IMG/VR virus record: IMGVR_UViG_3300030012_002942 | Coordinates: 1-52,286 of that record | Length of the DNA stretch: 52,286 nucleotides | Strand: one strand, 5' to 3' | From: a virus | Taxonomy: Duplodnaviria > Caudoviricetes | In this document: positions 45,170 to 52,286 of the stretch, piece by piece | Numbering within the stretch: position 1 is the stretch's first letter | Layout of the letters: every line of letters starts with the position of its first letter | Notes under the pieces: model-generated | Databases searched by the model: none | What the model was told of the DNA's origin: nothing | Seen by the model: the letters and a program-made list of their open reading frames with translations, nothing else | Made by a program: the position numbers and the translations under genes

Positions 45170-46090
45170 GTGAGAGCCGACCCTTTTGAGAGATTTAAAG
45201 ATCTAAAAGATAATCACTGCTGGCAGTATGAAGTAAGGTTACGGAACACTGAAGCAGACCTAGAGGAACTAGGGAAGTCGGCGTCTTGGGCAGAAAAGCT
45301 CAGGACTGCCGACTTTTACTTTTCCTATGTGGACAAGACGAACAAGGAAGAGTGCACCGAGATCAAGGCTTTTATCGAGCGTCATGAGTTTCTTGGCATT
45401 CTTCCTAACCGTCCAACTCACAGGTTCACAGCCCGGCTCAAGGATACAAACACTTTGGCAGGTGTCATCGTGATGGCAACTCCTAATGCTTTTAGTCACT
45501 TGTTGGGCAAAGAAAATAAAAACATCATAAAGCTAGTATCAAGAGGAGCTTCAATTAGTTGGGCTCCAAAGAACCTAGGGTCTTGGCTGTTGTCACGAGC
45601 CTGCAAGTGGATGGTTCAGAACACAGAGTTCAGAGCCTTTGAGGCATACAGTGATCCACTAGCTAAAGAGCTAGGAACAATCTATCAAGCGTTGAACTGG
45701 AACTACCTAGGACAAACATCAGGAACTGCGAAAGTATACAGAGATCCAAACGCCCTTGAAAAGGGTTGGTTCAGCGACCGAGAGTTTCGCAAGAAATCAA
45801 AGTATCGACGCTATGCTGAAGCAGTGGGCATATCTTATGAGGAATGGAAAAAATACTTAGGTAAGTACACTCCTAAATGGGATGAAATGCCTTCTGGTCT
45901 AAAGGATAAGATCAAAGAACAAGAGCGTCTTTTCCGAGACAGTTGCGACTGCCGAGTGGTACCAGCAAAACACAAGTACTGCTACATTTTGGGCAGATCA
46001 AAAAAAGAAACTAAACACTTGAGAAATTTGTTTGTACAATGTAATCCTAAACGGGCAAACCTCCCGTATCCAAAAGAAAGAGGGGAATAG
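45170..46090 (+). CDS. Mom-like (GNAT-fold) DNA adenine-modification protein
   Basis: FI..H..LG, L.GVI....P, SR......PKN..SW.LS, AYSDP...E.GTIYQA.NW.YLG, terminal K.KY.Y.L...PYPK. Confidence 0.75.
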   Translation: MRADPFERFKDLKDNHCWQYEVRLRNTEADLEELGKSASWAEKLRTADFYFSYVDKTNKEECTEIKAFIERHEFLGILPNRPTHRFTARLKDTNTLAGVIVMATPNAFSHLLGKENKNIIKLVSRGASISWAPKNLGSWLLSRACKWMVQNTEFRAFEAYSDPLAKELGTIYQALNWNYLGQTSGTAKVYRDPNALEKGWFSDREFRKKSKYRRYAEAVGISYEEWKKYLGKYTPKWDEMPSGLKDKIKEQERLFRDSCDCRVVPAKHKYCYILGRSKKETKHLRNLFVQCNPKRANLPYPKERGE

Positions 46091-47686
<1,596 letters not shown>

Positions 47687-47695
47687 GTCGGGAGA

Positions 47696-47702
47696 CTAAT
47701 TA
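47696..47702 (+). promoter_or_regulatory. Putative late-promoter motif CTAATTA
   Basis: GACTAATTA, intergenic. Confidence 0.4.
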
Positions 47703-47722
47703 GAACAGTCGGTTTCATAGCT

Positions 47723-47758
47723 AAAAAGACCAGAGTATTTTATGCCTGGTCTTTTTTT
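47723..47758 (+). terminator. Rho-independent terminator (possibly bidirectional)
   Basis: AAAAAGACCAG...CTGGTCTTTTTTT. Confidence 0.8.
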
Positions 47759-47772
47759 ATGGAGGTTGCCCC

Positions 47773-48231
47773 ATGAGTGACGAAACATTAAAAATAGTTC
47801 TACAAAAAATTGAAAATATGGAGAACAAAATCTCAAGTGCTAAGTCGCTTAATGGGGGTTTTGATAAGTTGGCTAATGATGTCGAGCACATCAAAGATAC
47901 ACAGGTAACTATCCTAGAAGGAGTCAGAGGAGTAAAGCAGAATCTTTATGAGCCAGACTCAGGTCTTTTTAGTCGTGTTAAGGAACTCGAAACAGAGTCC
48001 CAGAGAAGGATGGAATACATACAGGAGTCAAAACCAGCTTTGGAATTCTCTAAAGAACTCGCAGTCTGGAAGAAACATGCCGACAAAGAACTCGAACAGT
48101 TTGAAAAACTTCAGATTGAATTTGAAAAGCTCAAAGACTGGAAGGACGGAGCCCAGAAAGTTATTTGGCTCATAGCAACTGCCGCTGGTGGTATGTGGGT
48201 TAAGCACTTTATGGATCTGATGATGAAATGA
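47773..48231 (+). CDS. Coiled-coil protein with C-terminal hydrophobic anchor
   Basis: GGAGGT RBS, heptad pattern, C-terminal VIWLIATAAGGMWV. Confidence 0.7.
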   Translation: MSDETLKIVLQKIENMENKISSAKSLNGGFDKLANDVEHIKDTQVTILEGVRGVKQNLYEPDSGLFSRVKELETESQRRMEYIQESKPALEFSKELAVWKKHADKELEQFEKLQIEFEKLKDWKDGAQKVIWLIATAAGGMWVKHFMDLMMK

Positions 48232-48368
48232 CCATCTTTGTTATCACTGCAATTGTTTTTTCCATTCCCACAGTTTACTATCGAGCCAAGTATCTACAGT
48301 CAGAGAAAGACAGAAAGAGAATAATTAAAGATCAGTGGAAGTGGCAATGGGAAGACTGGGGAGAGTGA
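48228..48368 (+). CDS. Small membrane protein (46 aa, not in ORF track)
   Basis: ATGA overlap: MTIFVITAIVFSIPTVYYRAK...WKWQWEDWGE. Confidence 0.5.
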   Translation: MTIFVITAIVFSIPTVYYRAKYLQSEKDRKRIIKDQWKWQWEDWGE

Positions 48369-48369
48369 A

Positions 48370-48729
48370 ATGAGAAACTGGAAGCCTATCTTCATAGAGA
48401 ATAGCCGTATACCTGTGTGGCTTTCTTATTTGGCACCAATAAACATTGGAGCGATCACGCTCTTCTTCCTCGTCTTTAGTCGGGATACAATGAGCGAAGA
48501 GACGAAGCGCCATGAGACCATCCACTTCCAGCAGATGTTGGAAACTTTATTAATCGGATTTATAATCCTTTATTATTGGGACTATCTCAAAGGATATATA
48601 AAATACAAAAACGGAAAAATAGCTTATTATAGCATACGAGCAGAACAAGAAGCCTATCAAAAAGAAGCGTCAGGCTTTTATTCTGACCGCCGTAAACGCT
48701 GGCGATGGATTTGGGAATATAAAGTTTAG
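48370..48729 (+). CDS. Membrane-associated HExxH zinc-metallopeptidase-like protein
   Basis: AITL...F.R......HETIH.QQ..E...EQEAY. Confidence 0.65.
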   Translation: MRNWKPIFIENSRIPVWLSYLAPINIGAITLFFLVFSRDTMSEETKRHETIHFQQMLETLLIGFIILYYWDYLKGYIKYKNGKIAYYSIRAEQEAYQKEASGFYSDRRKRWRWIWEYKV

Positions 48730-48734
48730 GTAGA

Positions 48735-48741
48735 CTATTTA
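48735..48741 (+). promoter_or_regulatory. Putative late-promoter motif CTATTTA, 5 nt before ATG
   Basis: GACTATTTATAGTTATG, no Shine-Dalgarno. Confidence 0.6.
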
Positions 48742-48746
48742 TAGTT

Positions 48747-49367
48747 ATGGATAATAAACTAATCTTTGAGAACTGGCGCACCTTTATAATAAATGAGAGC
48801 CTGCCGCCACCCCCTGGGACTGAAAACATCGAGACAATCGGTGAGCTTGTAGAATACTTTAAGAACGCAGAGCCATCTGTTCTGAAGAAGATGTTCGCTA
48901 AGTACGGGAAGGCGGGTGCAAAAATCCTTGGAACTGCTGGTGCCGCTTTGGCAACCACGGGTTTCGGCGCAGGTGCCGGAGCCGCTGCTGGCGTCGCTGC
49001 TGTTGCTGGTGGCGCTTTAGCCCAAAAACTAGTTGAAGACATCCTGACTGCCGGCGCTTTGATGTTTGCCAATGTGGAAGATGGAACGTACCAAGAGGGT
49101 TCTGCAATTAGTTTTTTTGACTTAGACGACAAGGTACAAGCTTTCTTGAGAGATACAGAACATGGTGTCAAGGATGCGGTGAAGGGCAAAATATCAAGAA
49201 TGGAAAAAGAGGCTATAGATAAAATGATATTACACGTCAGAAAAAAAGCCAAAGAATTTTCACCAGATACAAAATTACAAGACGCTCTTGGAACCACAGC
49301 CCAGGAAATCATGGATAAACAGTTCAGAGATGAGAATGATATCAGGATTCAAACTGGCGGACGCTGA
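48747..49367 (+). CDS. Glycine-zipper protein with (L/I)xE leader, probable internal virion protein
   Basis: MDNKLIFENWRTFIINE leader, hydrophobic GTAGAALATTGFGAGAGAAAGVAAVAGGAL. Confidence 0.7.
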   Translation: MDNKLIFENWRTFIINESLPPPPGTENIETIGELVEYFKNAEPSVLKKMFAKYGKAGAKILGTAGAALATTGFGAGAGAAAGVAAVAGGALAQKLVEDILTAGALMFANVEDGTYQEGSAISFFDLDDKVQAFLRDTEHGVKDAVKGKISRMEKEAIDKMILHVRKKAKEFSPDTKLQDALGTTAQEIMDKQFRDENDIRIQTGGR

Positions 49368-49403
49368 CCTGCGTAAAATAAATAAAACTTAAATAAATAA
49401 AAC

Positions 49404-49452
49404 TTGACACCCACTCGTTACATGATACTATAATAATGTAGGGAGAAGAGAT
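49404..49452 (+). promoter_or_regulatory. Strong early sigma70 promoter plus RBS cassette
   Basis: A-rich UP element, TTGACA-16-TACTAT with extended TG, then TAATGTAGGGAGA. Confidence 0.8.
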
Positions 49453-50088
49453 ATGGGTTATTGGCATCAAATGTATCCTCGTCCAAAGCGCTCTGAGCGA
49501 GTAGAAGTTCCTAACGGCGAAGCTCGTTTCGAGTCGCTGATGGCTAAGAAGTTATCAGAACGTGATCGTAAGTTTGCTGAGTCTCTTAAGAAGCAGTTTG
49601 AGGACGGCGGCGAACTGTCTGTCAAGCAGATTGAGTGTATTGATAAGATGGAGCAACGCTACTCCCCCGAGGCACAACTCAAGCGGGAGCGCTGGGCTCA
49701 GTCCTACAAGAAAGAGCACCGCCCCACGGCTTTGATCTGTGCGAACTACTACGCTACAACCACATATTTCCGTGATCTATCTCTTAAGATTGCTACGGAC
49801 GAGGACTTCGTTCCCACTCAAAAGCAGTTCAACGCTCTTACAAAAAACAAGTATGCCCTAAAGGCTATCAAGGCTGCGACTGAGCCGCCTGCTTTTCCAG
49901 TAGGCTCTCTTTGCAAAGTGCGAGCTAACTTCAACTTGGTCAATGATCGCAAGCTTCATGACCAAGTGGGCTTAGTGGTGGCTAACCACGCCAAAGGGCT
50001 CTACGCTTCCTCAACCATTCTTGTAAATGGCGAGCAAGTCAAGCTTCAAGACCGCTGCTTGAAAGCTGCGGCAAAGAAAAAGAAATAA
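49453..50088 (+). CDS. Early hypothetical protein with C-terminal SH3/KOW-like domain
   Basis: F.ESL..QF.....LS.KQ helical region, then FPVGSLCKVR...GLVV. Confidence 0.75.
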   Translation: MGYWHQMYPRPKRSERVEVPNGEARFESLMAKKLSERDRKFAESLKKQFEDGGELSVKQIECIDKMEQRYSPEAQLKRERWAQSYKKEHRPTALICANYYATTTYFRDLSLKIATDEDFVPTQKQFNALTKNKYALKAIKAATEPPAFPVGSLCKVRANFNLVNDRKLHDQVGLVVANHAKGLYASSTILVNGEQVKLQDRCLKAAAKKKK

Positions 50089-50090
50089 CT

Positions 50091-50118
50091 TAAACAACAA
50101 ATAACAATAGGGTATAAT
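50091..50118 (+). promoter_or_regulatory. Putative sigma70-type promoter (TAAACA-16-TATAAT)
   Basis: Perfect -10 followed by AAAGGAGG RBS. Confidence 0.5.
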
Positions 50119-50139
50119 CCTAGAAAGGAGGGTTCGTAT

Positions 50140-50562
50140 ATGCGAGCAACAATTAGTTTTGATGTTGATATGGAACAAGTAGAAGGTACTATGGCAGTGG
50201 TAGCATGCTCGGAAGAGCACAATCTGCGTGCTGCTGCTGATATTTTGTCCAACTATACTGTCTTAGATGGTAGCTTACTAAGTGCTCTTACTGAAGTGCT
50301 ACGCTTGTTGGAAATGTCTGCTGAACAGCTTAGGCAGTACAAGAGTATGGTTGTAAACTTTGAGAAGGCTAGACTAGAACACTCAAATCCTGCACCACCA
50401 CAGGTTGATCAAGAAGCAAGAGGTCCAGAGCCTAGTGCCGTAAATAGCTTTGCGGATGTGCGAAGAGTTATGGAAGATATGGAAGGTTTTGACAGCTTCT
50501 TGTCACAGCTACCAACTGAGGATAGTGTTGATCTAGAAGTAGAAGAAGATGAAGAATCCTAA
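50140..50562 (+). CDS. Hypothetical protein
   Basis: AAGGAGG RBS, 140 aa. Confidence 0.75.
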   Translation: MRATISFDVDMEQVEGTMAVVACSEEHNLRAAADILSNYTVLDGSLLSALTEVLRLLEMSAEQLRQYKSMVVNFEKARLEHSNPAPPQVDQEARGPEPSAVNSFADVRRVMEDMEGFDSFLSQLPTEDSVDLEVEEDEES

Positions 50563-50770
50563 AAAGGGTGATTTAGTATATCTGCCCTCAGATATTACAC
50601 TGATTGATGACTTCACCGTCAAAAGGTGGGTCAAGCTTGAGGAGCCAACTTTGGCAGTAATGATAGAGCCTCAGGTAAACAAGGAAGACATCTACCACAG
50701 GGTCCATGTTCTAGGATCTGACTGGTATGTAAGGACAATAGATACAATGGAGGTAATGTCCCGTGCTTAA
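50549..50770 (+). CDS. Small SH3/KOW-like protein
   Basis: PKKGDLVYLP...W.V...MEVMS. Confidence 0.7.
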   Translation: MKNPKKGDLVYLPSDITLIDDFTVKRWVKLEEPTLAVMIEPQVNKEDIYHRVHVLGSDWYVRTIDTMEVMSRA

Positions 50771-51074
50771 AATAGCAGAAGTCTACGAAAAACAGATTAG
50801 AGAATCAAAAGAAAATACCGACGGATCAGTTTACACTGACTTCCATAAGGTTTTTGATACTCGTGATTGTCTATTGAACATTGATTATATTGTCAGTGTC
50901 CTGCCATACGAGTTCGAGGCATCGATAGACAAGGAGAGAATTGAAAATAGTTTCCCTGTTAGCACAAAGTTTTGTAAGATAGTTGTAGATGGCAACTCAT
51001 TTAGGAAGTCAGAACTTATTGTTGTTGGTTCTTTTGAGAAGTTCTGTCGTGTTCTAAAGGGTAATCAAACGTGA
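50763..51074 (+). CDS. Hypothetical protein
   Basis: GTG after GGAGGT. LLN.DYIVSV...IVVGS. Confidence 0.7.
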   Translation: MLKIAEVYEKQIRESKENTDGSVYTDFHKVFDTRDCLLNIDYIVSVLPYEFEASIDKERIENSFPVSTKFCKIVVDGNSFRKSELIVVGSFEKFCRVLKGNQT

Positions 51075-51805
51075 ATCTAGCAACCTGGGAAGAACTAATA
51101 GACTTTCATTGCCATCGGACACACGTCAGGGTTGACGGCGTTCTCCGCTGGAATAAAAAGTATGAACCCTTCTCGACAAGAAGGTACAATTTCTCGAATC
51201 GAAGAGATGGTAAGGTATGTCGTTTGGTCTTCCTAAATCCTGTACTAAAGGATAGCAACAACAAGACACTGATCCGAGACGGTCGGTTCATCTGGTGTAA
51301 AGATTTAGAGTACTGCGGTCTCAGTGAAAACGGGCTCCGTCAAATTTCTTTCTCTGTGGACAGGGGTAGAAAACGTTTCACGATAGAAGAAAATAATATG
51401 CTATGTGTTCCATCTAAAAGTTTTGTTAATAATAACAAATACTTTAGAAGCAAAGAGAAAGTTTTCAAGGGGTTCTCCTCAGTGCTAAACTATGATAATA
51501 CTATTGGTATGATGGCAAAGTGGGCGAAAGTTTCACAGCAAGACATCCGAGACCAGATTGATAAGGACAACCCTTTCAAACCTGGGACTCTGGTCGCCCC
51601 AAGGCTAGGGTACTTTTACCCGCAGCCCGCTCAACCACACCTTGAGCACCCACCGCTTAGTGAAACCCATCCTTATGGTATAATTTTAGGCAAATCCTTT
51701 ACAAATAACAATGAAATTGGCAGAGAATTTTATAGAGTACGCTTCGGTGATGTAACCTATGAAGGCGTCCACCCTGTCCAAATGGAGATAATAAATGAAG
51801 TTTAG
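51071..51805 (+). CDS. Hypothetical protein with C-terminal SH3/KOW-like domain
   Basis: C-terminal FKPGTLV...YGIIL...YRVRF...VHPVQMEII. Confidence 0.7.
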   Translation: MNLATWEELIDFHCHRTHVRVDGVLRWNKKYEPFSTRRYNFSNRRDGKVCRLVFLNPVLKDSNNKTLIRDGRFIWCKDLEYCGLSENGLRQISFSVDRGRKRFTIEENNMLCVPSKSFVNNNKYFRSKEKVFKGFSSVLNYDNTIGMMAKWAKVSQQDIRDQIDKDNPFKPGTLVAPRLGYFYPQPAQPHLEHPPLSETHPYGIILGKSFTNNNEIGREFYRVRFGDVTYEGVHPVQMEIINEV

Positions 51806-52052
51806 ATTATATACAACGGCTAACTGCCCATATTGTCATATGGCAATCAACTTATTGACAGAGAACCAAAAAGAATTTGAATGCTATTCTTTAGACCAAA
51901 AGCCAAAGCTTCTTAATGAGATCAAACAAACATACAACTGGAAAACTGTGCCAATCGTTGTAGAAATTACTGAGGGTCAGGAGAAGTTTATCGGTGGTTT
52001 TACCGATCTCAAACAATACTTAAATAAAGGTACACAATTGCTGAAAGGCTAA
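51795..52052 (+). CDS. Glutaredoxin
   Basis: CPYC, TVP, FIGGFTDL. Confidence 0.93.
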   Translation: MKFRLYTTANCPYCHMAINLLTENQKEFECYSLDQKPKLLNEIKQTYNWKTVPIVVEITEGQEKFIGGFTDLKQYLNKGTQLLKG

Positions 52053-52064
52053 GGAAAATAAAAT

Positions 52065-52286
52065 ATGCTATGGAAGACAGAGTTCTCATCGCTTCTAAAA
52101 GATTTCGAGTTGAAGCACCAGCCAGTTATTATTCGTGTAAATAAGTTTGATGAAGCTTCAGCAAAAGACTTTAACGCTAGAATGTCAGCAGCGCAAAGCA
52201 CGGGGCAAAAAGTTGTACCTGTGATCATCGATTCATATGGCGGTCAGGTCTATTCTCTTATGTCTATGATTGCATCAATTAACTCT
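52065..52286 (+). CDS. clpP: ClpP-like protease, N-terminal part (3' truncated, not in ORF track)
   Basis: MLWKTEF...IIRVNKFDEASAKDF...VPVIIDSYGGQVYSLMSMI matches the ClpP I(N/D)SPGG.V motif. Confidence 0.7.
   Translation, partial: MLWKTEFSSLLKDFELKHQPVIIRVNKFDEASAKDFNARMSAAQSTGQKVVPVIIDSYGGQVYSLMSMIASINS

Overview
The window is a 52-kb segment of a large, T4-superfamily-like myovirus (jumbo/huge-phage type) read in standard code 11. Every credible gene is on the + strand and the genes are densely packed and often translationally coupled. From 1 to 10.8 kb is a contractile-tail module: sheath, tube, gp26-like chaperone with a probable frameshifted gp51-like extension, tape measure and baseplate genes. 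A replication/recombination block follows (minimal PolA, degenerate tubulin, gp32-like SSB, RecA, deaminase, 5'-3' exonuclease, DnaB-like helicase, class II RNR, DnaE, dUTPase). Then come an early accessory region packed with small SH3/KOW-like paralogues and an EcoRI-like nuclease plus Dam-type methylase, host-like genes (aminotransferase, FtsH, IMPDH/GMPR, GroES, GroEL, glutaredoxin, ClpP), a collagen tail fibre and a Mom-like DNA-modification gene. Strongest novel-looking signals: (i) stand-alone enzymes (GNAT, ART-like, P-loop kinase, PD-(D/E)xK nuclease, glycine-zipper protein) that share a leader ending in (L/I)-x-E and sit behind a recurrent CTANTTA motif, suggesting a capsid-packaged, injected effector set; (ii) an array of about 15 SH3/KOW-like mini-genes whose conserved C-terminus encodes the next gene's ribosome-binding site; (iii) a +1/-2 frameshift site in the tail chaperone; (iv) a minimal EcoRI-like endonuclease paired with a Dam-family methylase. 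All family calls come from recognising motifs by eye; no database search was run.
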